Positions 22,129 through 36,100 of a stretch of 64,000 nucleotides of DNA are shown piece by piece. The notes under the pieces were generated by a model, which saw nothing but the letters and a program-made list of their open reading frames with translations, did not search any database and had not been told where the DNA came from. The stretch comes from Styela clava (lineage: Eukaryota), in assembly GCF_964204865.1 (NCBI RefSeq), contig NC_135252.1, positions 1,178,001 to 1,242,000 on the forward strand, given 5' to 3'. Made by a program: the position numbers and the translations under genes. Numbering within the stretch: position 1 is the first letter of the stretch; every line of letters starts with the position of its first letter.

Positions 22129-25100
22129 TCAAAATTCTTCCTGGTCATCGGAATCCCATTCACAACTTCTTTCATCATCATTGTTTCCAAAATCAACCTT
22201 CAGTAAAAAATAACAGGTTTGCACGTTTAAAAGTACTCAATGTAAAATGTCCCCTGCAAAAGCAGAGTCAAAACTTTTTAGCGATTGTAGCAACAGCATT
22301 GTATTACCATAACAATCAATGCCATGTTATATAGGAGTGTGAGTATTTGCAATTCAGTAAAAAATTGACACAAAAAGACTGCAACGCTCAAACATATGGA
22401 CACAAGCATCAAGTCTCAAAGAAAATTTGAATAAAAGCAAAAGCCTTCTAGTGTCTTCTAAAAATTTGAAATCAATTTGTCCAATAGTTAAAGAAAAAAG
22501 TGAAATTGAGCGTCCTAAAATATACTTACCGCATTACCGGTAATTGTGATTGTACTTGTGTAATATTTAAATATTGTAATTGTAAGGAACAGAAAATCAA
22601 ACGCAAAAGACATACGATACCAATTTAAAAGGATTGAAACAAAAAAAGTTCACATACACGTTCAGTCATTTCAAATTGAATTATGATTAAACTATTTTCA
22701 AATAAACTATTATGACTCTGAGGCCTTTAAATATGGTATTTTGTAGACATGGATGTCATAAGTTTGCAGTCATCCCAACATATTTTGCAAATATTAAAAT
22801 TACGTTGTTTAAAACTGCTGATTTCATTATTGGAATACAATGTGGTAGAAACAAAAACCTATGCATGAGATTAATAAAAACCACATACTTCGATGTCATA
22901 CTGAAATCCTGGATCTTCAGGTTTTATTCTATGGCTTTCAAAACTTTCATTCATGATTAATTTGGCTCGTTCAATCTGGAAGTGAAAGGATTAGAAACAC
23001 AAGATCAATATGATTTTAGGAGATCAGTCCATTTATATAGTCTCGCAAGATAGTGGTAAAGTTGATAGCAGGGATGGCCAAAACCGAATAGTTCACTATT
23101 TCGAATACATTCGAAATTATTTTTTTTCGAATATGAAATTTTGAATACTTAGAAAATAAAATCCATTAATTGAAGCTAACTAAATGTATGTAGGAATTTC
23201 CATACAATAAGCAATGGAATAACTGCTATCTACAAGTTACAACCTAGCTATATTACCAGGCATTTCATATTTGCAGATTATTGCAGTATATATATATTTT
23301 ATATACCATGAGTCATGTTAACAGAATTAAATTAATACGGCAATAGTGGTATCGATGATGGATTTGAATATTTGCGCAACACAAAATCATCCTAGAAAAA
23401 CGCCCATATATTTAAATACCAACCATTATCCAAATTATTTGCCAAAAAGCGGGATAAAGTATGAGCTATTTTTTCGACTTGTGACAATTTTTTCGTGAGT
23501 ACAAAAATACGATTCAAAAATTAATTATATTCCGGAACTTTACCACACATTTTAAGTCCTAAGATCGCCCTTGTATGTTTGAGTAATAATACTTTTATTA
23601 TTTTAGAAATATGAAAATAGGAATCAAATACTATTTATAATCGGGTAGTTTGCCACACAATTTATGTACACAGATTGACGTGATATTGTGCCGAATATAA
23701 TTAGTTTTTGATTCTCATGTTCGTACTCGCGAAAAATTGTCACAAGTTGGAAAAAGAATTTATATTTCATCTCGCTCTTGAGAACTAATTTGGATAATGG
23801 TTGCCATTGGTTTGTATTTAAAAGTATGCACTTTTTACTAGGATGATTTTGTGCTGCGCAAAATATTCGAATCCATGACCGATACCACTATTTAAAATGC
23901 CTTACCGTGTTAATTTAATTCTATTATCATAACTCAAATGTTGGTAAATCGGGCAGTTTACCACACATTTTAGGGTCACAGATCGCCGTTGCATTTTAGA
24001 ATTATAATAGTTTAAATATTTTGTAAATACGAATCCGAAATTATAATTGGGCAGTTTACCACGTATTTCATGTCCACAAATACCTGTGGTATTTGGTATT
24101 AATACTTCCATTATTTTATCAATATAAAAATAGGAATAAATATTTAATAAAATCGGTCAGTTTACCACACATTTTATGTCCACAGATTGTCGATACCAGT
24201 ACCAGTCATGGATTGCATTATTTTGCACAACAAAAAATTATCCTGGTAAAGAATCGATACTTTTAACTATCGTTATCAGAATTATTTGCCAGAAATTATT
24301 TTCTAATAAATCGACTTGTTTTTCCAACTTGTGACAATTTATTGGATATCGTAACAATGACTGCTATAAAAACCGTATTTCCCGGCTAATAAGTCTACAT
24401 GGCAAATAGGACGATGTCTATTTTTAGCACTCCAAAAAGGGGTTTTTCCATAGGCCTCCAATAAGACGGGTAGAAAAAATTGTGTCCCTGTTGTCACGGG
24501 TTATTTCACAGCTGTGTTTTCCTGTCGTGTTCTGCTGAATCGGCGAAACGAAAGGGTTACAAATCACTTTATCTCGGTGACCTAGAAAAGCGACTTATTA
24601 GCCGGGGAAATACAGTAATTGTCAATTTTTCGACGTTATGGAAATGAATTTGTGAATTAGAAGCCTCGTAGACGAATGTCGGCAATGTCCACCCACGCAA
24701 ACGTGCAAATGTGTCGCAACACTATGCGACGTACGGTCGCACAGAATATAAACAATCAAAGTGCCGATTCATCGTCATTACAATACGTGAAACAGCGTAA
24801 AAATCCGTTTGAAGATTCCCATAAAACGAAACACCACGTTTACGACGAAAAGTGGCTACTATTCGGAATTATTCGAAAATCAGCCGAAAATGTATTCGAA
24901 TACTTTGATATTCGAATATTCGATTCGTTTTGGACAACCCTGGTTGATAGCAAAAGAACTGTTTGCAATTCCACTTAAATACACTTTGGCTTTTGAACTA
25001 CTGATAGGGCCTATTGTCCGAAATATACCATTTTACTCATTTGCATTATTAAAATTATATTCAATTACGGTATTATTTATTTTCAACAGAATTGCTTAAA

Positions 25101-26450
25101 CATTTCTTGTGAAAATAAAAATACTGTTGTTGTAATGGTGTACAGTGATACCTCGTTAGTCTAACTTAATTAGTTCAGGATTGGTGTTCGACTACCTATT
25201 TGTTTGAGTACCGAAACTTTTTTGCCATAAAAAACGATGGTAATTATTTTAATTCGTTCTTGCATATTGGAAAATATTGACAGAAAGTGTACCCAAACGA
25301 CAAAAAGTTCTGTGGACTCTATGGAATTCGTTTTTTTGTGTACGATGAGGTCATCAAAATGTATACACCTTGCAGCGGTTCCGCTTTCTAGTTAGTCATG
25401 AAGATTGCCATACCCGAGGTCTACTGTGACTTGTAATAGTTCGTTTTGGCTTTTGTGTCCCTATTTGAGCATAGCTTTGTTGAATGGTCAAGGCAGCCAA
25501 TATCGAGTCGATCAACTACCAAGGTATCACTGTATATTAAATGGTATAAGAAGTTAGAACCTCCCGTGTCCCAAGCAAATTCAAGTCTTTCTCCGGATCA
25601 ACGGAAAGTTTTGTCTTTGCTTCTTGAAGAGATTGCTCGAGTGTATTTCCTTTCATATGGCCTTGAATAGTTATAAGGAGTCTTTCTAGTTGGGCTTGTG
25701 ATACAGTGTTTAGTAACGTTCTGTGTCTCTGAGTAGATTTCAAGTCTTCGGCAATCCTTGCAACATCTAAATAGTTGAACAACAAAGATTAAAAATGGCA
25801 GAAGTGGCGGATAGAAAGTGAAGAAATATAATATTTAGATTAAATAAGATTACACCAACCTAATATAAAGTTAACTTAGTTTAAAAAACTATTACCTTGT
25901 AATTATGCCAGATGAGAATACCTCAATACAGTAATAATAAAAATGGTCATAATGGAAGAATTCAGAAAATGTTAATACAGTAATATCGGTATTTATCTGA
26001 AACAGATATGCCTAGGACTCCTTATTTCAGTATTTACAAACTATGGTATGCCATTTTCCCACAGGCTTTTGTTTGTAGGCCTAGTCAAAGTGAATTTAAC
26101 ATTACACCTAATTCCAATCAAAGACCAGAAGACAGAAAGATGTGGACTTTAAATACCGTAGGTTTGCTGCAGTGATGAATAGAAGCTGTCATATATATGT
26201 ATTGGCTCGTAAAAGAAAGTTGTCACAAAGATCATACCGGTACTGCAGTAATGTCATACCGGAAAACTGTGCAGTACCGTACCGGTACCGTAGCTACCCA
26301 AGCTAGTCTCATTCACATCTTACTTGTGCTTTCTTTCAATTTTTTTATCGGTATGGATCTACACCTTTGTTTTTTCGTTGAGTTGTCAACATATGTCACG
26401 AGCAATGTTGCAGGTTTAAACTTTACGCCACAGCACTTGACGGTGTACAT
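22129..26450 (-). CDS. CEP19: Centrosomal protein 19, spliced (162 aa)
   Basis: Exons 26450-26324 (MYTVKCCGVKFKPATLLVTY..), 25766-25561 (VARIAEDLK..RHR..VSQAQLERL..VDPEKDLN), 22975-22889 (IMNESFE..IKPEDPGFQYDIE) and 22197-22129 (VDF..SCEWDSDDQEEF*). Matches the CEP19 layout along its whole length. Confidence 0.93.
23069..24942. mobile_element. Non-autonomous hAT element in a CEP19 intron
   Basis: TIR CAGGGATGGCCAAAAC...GTTTTGGACAACCCTG; perfect 8-bp TSD GTTGATAG; ttcgaa subterminal repeats. The right end recurs at ~29990-30246. Confidence 0.9.
24373..24615. mobile_element. Tc1/mariner-type MITE nested in the hAT element
   Basis: TIR CCGTATTTCCCGGCTAATAAGTC...GACTTATTAGCCGGGGAAATACAG, followed by TA. 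Confidence 0.7.
25143..25532. mobile_element. Tigger/pogo-like MITE
   Basis: TA-CAGTGATACCT...AGGTATCACTG-TA. Confidence 0.65.
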
Positions 26451-29400
26451 TATTTTGAATCATCGATGTTGTTACCCAGGTAAGGAACGCAATGTAGTCT
26501 ACTGGCAACGTCAACGAACAAACTGGATCTGGAGTTGATTTTCAATACTCACTTTATCGTAATTAATCAACGACAAATAATACTTTGACTGTATGCTAAT
26601 ATTTTGAATAAATCAATTTTTTATGCTAGATATTACCGTATTCCAATACTGCTAATCAAGCCTGGCAGCCTGGGGACCGGTGCCTGGGGACCGGTGCCTG
26701 GGGAGCTGGCTCGAAATCATCATGGCTCCAGCTCCGGAGTCGCAGTATATTCAAACTTTGGCTCCGGAGCTCATTTTTTTTATCCCGGAGCTGGGCTCCA
26801 GCTCCGGCTCCATATCTATATCAGTGGTACAGCCCAATAACGCATTTTATTGATTATTTTCTTGAGTGTTGCATGTTATTTAGGCTGTAAACACCTTTAG
26901 GTCGGTGTCATGATGATTCCCTTATTGTTCTTGCAAGTAACTTGTGAATCCACTTAACTTGTAACGTAACTTGTGAGTTGGAAGTTATTATATACCGCAT
27001 TTCCGGCGACGTTAAGACGAGACACGTTTTTAAGCTTACAAAAATGGGTTTTTGCATATAGCTCCCCAATAAGACGGGCAGGAATATCGGCTTCTGAAGT
27101 AGTCGCGGCGTTTGCGCATTCGTTAATATAGCTCATATTGAGCTTTTGTGTCGCATAATACAGTATTCAATTCATGACAACTGTCTTTCTATTTCAATTT
27201 CATTGTGTCAAACATAACTCGCGATTGCACCGACTTTCAACCAAATAAAGTATTAATCATTGGCGACCAGTGAATACACAATCCAAATTTTCTTGATTGA
27301 AAAGCTAAATCTAAAATCTAAATAAAACAGTGCAATCTAGGGATATAATAATGTAAGATAAACTGCTCGGTTATATTTTGTTTATTATATTCGCTCTTAC
27401 GAATTCGTTATCCCGTTATAAAAATTACAAGATCTGCCATAAATCATGTAAAGTACAATTTAATCAAGGACAGTAAAAATACATATTAAGTATATATTTA
27501 TATATCAGAAATACATCTTTATCGACTTGAAATCTCACGAACTTTAACGGATATGATATGATTTTGCTGTTGCATAAAACATTTAATTTATGACCGATAG
27601 GGGCATATTTAAAATGTTTTTTTTTTCAATTAAATTGTGATCAATTTAATCTACGATTGCGACAATATAAATAAAATACCATCACTAAGCCAAAATACCA
27701 CAGCAATCCGTGGACATGAAAATGTGTCGTACAATGTCCGATTATATCTTGTTTTGAATCATATTTTGCGAAATCGACAAATCTGAGCCGTTTCTGTTAC
27801 ACTTAGCTGCTCTACTGCAATGCTGGCTCATTATTTTGAGAATATCACCATAAGAAAAATCTTTAAGTCTGCGATAAAATCCAACAAAGTAAAATTTATT
27901 TGAAAAAAAATGAATATACCTTACAATAATTATCTTATATATATCTTTATAAGTCTGGTAAAACTCCGTCAGGTCCCCTCGGTATTTGTAAAACATAATT
28001 TTGCGATTTGTAATGTCTAAAAAAAGCGCCTTTAATCAGTCGCGGGCCATCCTAAAACAAAACTTATGGTTTAGCCGTTTTATTGTATAGATATTTTATA
28101 ATGTCGCTTTTTGATCAAGAAATGTGGGCTGCTTATCCACTACTCTATTTTTCTTACCATTTCGTCGCCGATGATTTCTCACAGGTATGGTGCGCGACAC
28201 AAAAACAGGAAATTTGTGATTTAGGCAGGATAAACACTGAAATAAATATGTTCACTGCCTAATGGCTATGGTGAGAAAAACAATCGGCAATTTTCACAAA
28301 ATGCAACACATGTGTGATAGTTTCGGCAATAGCCCTTCACTTGTGATGCACTAATGCAGCAATATGATAATATAAATTTTCCACATTGGAGCGTTATTAT
28401 AAAATACTCAAATGAAACGGAAAACATTATAAACTTTGATCTAGTAGACCCGCAGATTGAAAACGCCAAAATATCATAACTATGTGTGCCTATGACACAT
28501 ATTAATTACTGGTTGGCTTTGGAAATCATACAGTCACTGGAATAAATCTAAACGCAATCAATCATGTTCGCGATGTAGGTACCTTTTTATTCATTCTAAA
28601 AATACCGACGGAAAGTGATGAGACTTTCCTCCATAACATGATATGAAATGGATTGGATATTTTATTACACAAACAAATCATGATATGTTGCACGCAATTT
28701 AAAATTGATGCATGGACGACAGCATATCATAAAAAGAAACACCTCCGATGTTTGCTATACTCTCCGAACATCGTAGATGTAATTATACTTCCAGATACTG
28801 ATGTTTACTGTGCCCCATATGTATATACGTGTTAAACTAGGCTCATATGAAACTATTGGATATACGCGCCAATATACGAATTCTCATCTTAGTTGTCTCG
28901 CAGATTTATCATAATTTCATAAACATTTGTTCGCAATTAGAGCTGGGCATTTTCAAATACCTAGTGATTTCAGAATTGAATCGAATATTTTTCGAATGAA
29001 ATCTCGAATACTTGAAAGATTGGTAATTGAATTCGACTTTTTTTTTATTTTATTACTGAAAACATACACTCCTTCACTCAGAGAGTTGGCAGAATAAGAA
29101 ACCTGTTTCATCAATAAATAACTCGCATGTCAGTTTGTATTGTGAAAAATATGCCTCATGAAAAAATGACTCACCTAGCTCTTTAGTGAACACAAAAAAA
29201 AGATGGCGGCGATGCAAATTCAATTTTCGTCATGACCGATTCCACAATTACAATTACTTCGTCTATACCCAATAGTTTAGCATGTTCCCCTTCATGCAAT
29301 CATTGAAACATCTACTTGCAGATTTATTTTTCGTTTTTCAGGTTGCTTCCCAATGATCAAATAAATAAAAATTAAACAAAGACTCTTCCATATTATTCTC

Positions 29401-31296
29401 GAAGTGATCCTGTGAAATAACAATTCTAAATCTTATATTCTTGTCTCAGGCCAATGTCTAGGAATGGAAAAACCCTTACCCACACCCTTGGTGACCATTA
29501 TATATATATATTTCCATAATAACCTATTGTCCTATCTTAATTTATTATTACTAACTTATACTGTTACCGGTAACTTTAAATACTTATTACATTTATGTAC
29601 TATAATTTGGCAATAATTGGGTCTAATTCGGCCATTCGGGGAATTAAGTGGTCTAGTGAGCTCGTCATGCACCGAATTCTGGCAACTTTGGTTGGGCCAT
29701 TAGACATTTGACTCCAACTATAATCAGCAAGGAAATATATTTTTTATAATTGTTTTTCCTTACTGTTCACTCATGTTTAGAAAATCGATCAATTTGACCG
29801 TGGCAACCCTTATAAATAAAATTATTAATTTGGTGGGGCAAGTAATCTTTATATATATTTTTCTTATTATTTTGTTTACTATGTAATTTATCTTAAATTT
29901 GTCTCGTTTCCGCACTTTATAATATCTCTGTGGTTGTGTGTTGGTGCGTGTGAGCGTATGCGAATTGATTTAATAATTTTAGGTGAGTGCGACTTCTTTG
30001 TCGCGAATATTGTCGCAATCATATGCGGTGCACGGTCGCAAAATAGATAACAAACAATTAATGTACCGATTCTATTTCATCGTCATTACAATACGTGAAA
30101 AAGCGCAGAAAAACGTCTGAAGATTTCCTTCGAAAACGAAACGATGGCTAGTAGCTATCCTACGGAATTATTCAAAAATTTTCTGAAAAAAAGAAACGAA
30201 TACTTTGATACATATTCAAAACTTCGATTCGTTTTGGACAACCCTGCCTCGAATTATTTTAGCCTTCAAAAAAAAAAAACGTTACTAAAGGTAATCCGCG
30301 AAGTAACACTGCGTGAAAGTGGGCCGCGGTATAGAAAAGGTTGAAAAGCACTGTAACTAGCTAGTAGTGGCAGTTGATTCTGTTTTTCGTTATGGTATCC
30401 TAAAGTAGAAGTTGCACACGAAAACTAAAGGTTTTCTCACATGAATGACATTTAATAACGAAATCGGTTTTAATAAAATACTTCCATATGTCCGAATTAC
30501 GCTGCTTATATCTTACAGAAAAGCGACCATGAAACAAACTATCTCGATCATTGAATAAATTTCGAGCGATACCAGTGCTTCGGTACTATTGGGACGTAAC
30601 AAGCTTAAGAAAGCAGTTCTGGTGCACTGGAGACTGAAAACTCGATAGATTAAAATTTAAATATGTAGCGGGAATGGCGAAAAACTGTATGGAATCTTTC
30701 GTAAAAACTCAACTAATGCAAAAATGTGAGATTTAAGAAAACACGCCCTCCACGTTTTAAATAAGAAATATTAATTATCGGTAGTAGTTTTCGATGCAAC
30801 ATTATTCCACATGACGAACAGTTCTCAATCATTTTTTTTCGCTCGAACTATCTGCGAGTTTCAAGTCAAGCCTTCTGACGATTCTTTTCATGTCGGCGAA
30901 TCGAGCCACTTCGAAAACAGTGACTACAGTGCATGTAATACCCTGCCGAGCCGAAAATCTTCTTGCCGATAACGGTCGTCGTTTACCATGATGCGCCAAC
31001 TCATTCCTTATTCGACGTGACTTAAAATTGTATGCGCATTGGTTGCCCAATTTTGAATAAAAATTGTGCGTTTCTACTTTTGCTGTGTGTAGTTTTTATA
31101 TTTTAAACCCATTTTGCTGCACTAATAAACCTCACTCTCGCGTGCTGTTAGGTTAGCGCATCTTCTTCTGTATTGTGCGATTTTATGTTTAGTATTTTAC
31201 CTGCAAATTCAAACAGGGTTACTGGTGATTCGATGGTACGGCTTGTTCCCAAGGTAGAACCATCTATAAAATAGTATGAAAAAACTTTTATTAAAG

Positions 31297-31408
31297 ATTT
31301 TTATTAATTTATTAATTAATTATAATTAATTATAAAATTATTTTTTAATTAATTTATTTAATTTAATAATAATTAATTAATAATTAATTATTAAATTATT
31401 TTATTAAA
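31297..31408. repeat. Pure A/T low-complexity tract
   Basis: About 110 bp with no G or C, built of ttaa/taat units and bracketed by ttttattaaaga direct repeats. Confidence 0.85.
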
Positions 31409-33160
31409 GACTTTTATTAAACGCGAAAACCATTCCGTTTGCTGCAACTTTAAATAAATCAACATCGACCATATAAATCTTCTGCAATTTCTATCGTGAG
31501 ACAGTTCATGACAGGTCTTATATTCATGGCACTTTTCCGAGGTAAGCAGGGCACTGCCAGTACATTGAAATGGATTGTAAAAAGTCTAAAGACAGGCGAT
31601 TATTGGAGAAAAGACTGCTATGCACTATAATGGTACAAGATTTTTATTTACACTACTTTAATTTTGAAAAATATTACTGTACATATGAAAGAAGTTTAAA
31701 ATATCATTGAAATACTTCAAGTTAACATAGTTATGCAAGCACCAACATTTGCCTAATTGTTTCAAATATCTGCAAGTAATAGAAACCTCTTCAATACAAT
31801 CCACAACGCACAGGAAGGCTCTCAAGGGACAGAAGAGTGTATAAAATATATGATAAATCAAGTCCCTCATTGAAGCTGGAATAAAAAAAACTTTCACCTA
31901 GTATTGTGGGCTATGAAATACATACAACAAATAGAATTACCTGACCCCAAAAAAGATTATTCAATTATTCCACTATTGGTAAAAAAGAGGAATCATTGTA
32001 AACTTAATGATTCTTCATCATTCTTGAAATTCTAATTTGCAGGACTTTTACGCTACCAATTTTTTTGTTTTTTCTAAGTGCATTCAGTACAAACAACATT
32101 GAGCAGTTTCTCATTTCAGTATTGGATAAAATTAGATTGAGCCCAGGACAATATTTTTTTTTTAAATTGGACATAAATGGAGCCTAATACAGATAAAACG
32201 TTCAAGACATAATAAAAGGCAGTAGTAAAAAAAACAAAATTTAGAAGTAAAAATAAAATCAATTATCTTGATAGCACATTCGTATTATGGTAGAAACAGT
32301 TTATTATTCAGATGCATTTACCCAATTGTTAGAGAACTTTGTATTTGGAAATTTGATGAACAATCCTCATGATTAAATAGACAAAAACATTCAATCTATA
32401 TTGCGGTAAAACTTGGCATATTCTGAAAGATGTATCTAAATTGATTGAATACATACAAAAATGGCCCTTTGTTAATTTGCTAGTTCTTATTTATGGCCAT
32501 ACAATACCCAAAATCAAAAAATGACCGTAGTTGGCAAAAATTTATTCCATGAAAGAAAATTCTTGCTTTTAACATATATTGGTTAAAACTTTTTTATATT
32601 GGCGAGTCAATTAGCACTCTGGGCAGGAAACATGGTTTAATACGTTCCAAACTTATTGGATGTTTAACAGTTGTTGCCGCATATGATATAGTCATTTTCT
32701 ATTTGTTCCAAAAATAGTGTTCTTTAAAAAGGAACGTTTCACCGAACAAAGCCAATATTTAGAGTTCTTTCAGGTAAGATCAAGTCATAGTTTCCATACT
32801 GAAATGAATATCTGAACTAAGTGGTCTCCAATCATAACATTGAGCTCTGACGATCAGAACTTCCGTTATGTTTTTTGAGTAAAGCAAATCATTATGCCGG
32901 CTATCAACAAAGATCCACAATAGGTCATTTTATAAATCACCAACTTATGTATTCGACTAATTCTCAGTTTGCATGGTGAAGAAGGAAATTCAAAATTAAG
33001 AAAAAACAAGGATAGATTCAGGAGGTAACGTCCTGATCTAAAAACAGACTGTTGTCCCATTTTTCCCTTGGTTAGCCGAAGTGAAATCCTGGTGGAACTC
33101 GACATGGCGATAGTACCAGTTTTCAGTTTATTGTATTAACAAAACTGTATCAACATGGGA

Positions 33161-36100
33161 TCAGCTATGTAAACTGTCCTCGAGCAAAGAACTGGTAGTA
33201 TCTAATGATAACGAATTGTTCGGGTCGATAGAAATATTGCTTGTATTATTTGGATCCGTCATCCATGATGTGTGAGTATCAGGTGATGATGAAGATGACA
33301 TTTCCATTTGTTGCTCTGAAAAAGATTGAGTTGGACAATTAGGATAAAAGATTCCTTTGTTCGACGAGAACAAGAAATAAACATTACTTAATTTGTGTCT
33401 TTTTAATCTCCATTTCTTGCAATGTATTGAATGTTTCACTTTAATTGACAATTGCTTGCGAATGTAAGAATCGTTCATATGATCTTGAAGAACTGTGAAC
33501 CTGTCCATTATCTGAATAAATGAAAAAAACATAATTGACAAATATGGGACACGCAAGTAGATATGAACCAAACTTCTTTAGTACACACATAATGCTCTCA
33601 ATGTTACTCACCAAGATGGCAAAATAACATTCACCAAAAGCAGATATTTATTATTAATTCAAACATTATAAAGACCTTACCAAGCAAACAGCATCTTGTA
33701 CTCTGGCATCTCCAGATTCAACGATCCCAGTTGAATCAAGAATGGTTCGAATGGTATTCTGAATGTGAGAATATAATAATGAACAATAAAACATTAATTA
33801 AATTTATTGGGGGCTAAAGCTTTCTATTTCCAAAATACCGTAATGCATATTTACATTTAAAGCATTTTGTTCAGATGATTTCCTTTGTCTGGCCTTGCCA
33901 TGTTGCAACAGTTGCATAACGTCACATGATCCAGACACTGGAGGTTCCTAAAACGAAAATAAAATGAAAATACTCAATTCAAAAATTGCAAGACAACCCA
34001 ATGAAATAAAATTACAAAAACTTGTTATCTTGAAATCATACCTTTTTAATTTCGGGATATTTTTGATAAAGATATTCCAAGTGTTCTGGAGTTATCGTCA
34101 CCAATACAGTTTCTGAATTTTTAAAGCAATAAAGCACCTAGTTAGTGGAATGTGTTCGCAAAAAATCAGAAAGATCTAAATTCTATAAACGCTCACCCTT
34201 CAAAATTAAAAAAAAAATAAAATATGTATAAAATCTAGAATATTTACAGCATACCGGCAAGACTTCTAGATTTTCTGACGTTGCTATGTGCATGCAGTTC
34301 ATGAGTGTTGCCGGTTCCATCTTCAGACTTTGAAACTCTTGATGGCGCCCTTAATAGTACAGTTATTATCAGGAAAGGCTAAGATACAAAAATGTGATTT
34401 TGAATTCAAGTAACACGTGTAAAATGTTTACTTCTGTCAATTTTCCTGAAACCAAATTTTGAATAAGATTCATAATGAATGACTTCAACCTTTAAGGCTA
34501 GTCACAGTAGATAAATTTTCATAGAAGTCAAATTAAAGTTTCTGCTAAGACTTGACCTACTGAATACCCGTGGTAAGTCATCTGCTTTTGCAGCTTGGAT
34601 CAAGTCAAATTTAACCCATCACGCCAGATTTTAGGATGAAAAATAGACTTTGCTTTTGCAAATACCTATATTCTTCCAGAAATGTGGCTAAACAATGAAT
34701 GTAGGTAGTAAGTACTAGGTACATTAATCATCACTATGAATTTCCAAAATGATTCACACTCTTGGAAAATAAAACTGACTAACATGGACATCCTGACCAA
34801 AATATAAAATACTCTAGAACAGGGGTTCTCAACCTTTTTTATGTTAAAAACCCCCCGAGTCACAAAACCATCAACGCGAACCCCCGGTAATCAGACACTG
34901 AACAAAATTGTGATATATTGACTAATAATTTGTTGCAACACCAATTCATTGAAAATGTCTAACTAAATTAAATCGTCTTGTTGATATTATTGCCCTTGTC
35001 GTCTGCCTAACTAATGAATTCTTAAAATCTCTCCCAAGTTTCAATAAGCATAATCACTTCTCCAATGCTCGTAGCACACTGTTTTTAGAGATTTCACAGT
35101 TTGTACGCAAAGCCTTGAATTTCACATTGTTGTGTCACAATCAAAACAACGCAAGATCAGGGAAAATTCTACGTTTAAATTGGCGTCTAGTTTCAATTGG
35201 CACGCATTTTCCTCTGATGGTAATAAAGGATATTAAAAAACAGCAAAATACAAAAGCTCGACTGTCATCCAAGTACCCCTAAAAATCTTCTCGTGAACAC
35301 CTGGGGGTTCGCGAACCCCAGGTTAAGAACCCCTGCTCTAGAATAACTGAGATTATACACAAATCACATACTTTCTTTTGCGTTTAGAGGTTGCAAGTAT
35401 CGCTTTAACAGCATCTGCTTGCACAATATTCTCAGCAGGAGTAACGGTCACACCATTCTCTGATTCCATTTGCTGCAATCTTTGTAACTGCTGATGTTGT
35501 ATTCGAAGTTGTTCAACTTCAGACTAGAAACAGAAAATTACACTAATTCAATATGTCCCAAGTACATATATACTGACAGACTATCACCATTCATAAATTC
35601 CCCAACAGTGCCAATACCACATTTAATTTTTACAAATGAGATTAATATTAATTTTCTTCTAATTTCCTTTCAAGTTTGTTTAATAAAATTAATTATGTTA
35701 AGGGAAAAGAAATAGATTTATTTTTGTACTGTAAACATGTCAGACTTGGCTTATCAACTCAATATATGTCAACTTTTTGTTCAAGGGGATATTTAGCAGG
35801 TTTTAGGTCTATTCAATTTGCCATTTCCATCAACTTTACTCTATAAAATGCATGATGATGTGGAAATGTGAAAAGCAGTAAGTTTTACAGTAAGAGTGAT
35901 ATTCAGACATATCTTGTCATAAACATTTATCGGTACTCCTGAAGTATGCGCACCAAGATGTTGCACAACCTGAACCCTAACCTGGTACACAACCTGAGTT
36001 CAAGTTGTGCGCCATCTTGGTGCGCATACTTCAAGAGGTCCCAGTTATCCTACCTTTTTAAATAGAACAACGGAATTGCAAAATATTCATGTTGTCATAT

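Noticed and set aside
26660-26815. GC-rich ggctccggag repeats as a CEP19 promoter CpG island
   Set aside because: The pattern fits subterminal repeats of a truncated hAT MITE; boundaries could not be defined.
27030-27120. Neuropeptide-like frame MRKRRDYFRSRYSCPSYWGAICKNPFL (minus strand)
   Set aside because: An in-frame stop lies just upstream, with no usable acceptor or signal peptide; likely chance.
27730-28900. Possible exons or ORFs between CEP19 and the BTB gene
   Set aside because: I could not build a phase-consistent GT-AG model or recognise any motif.
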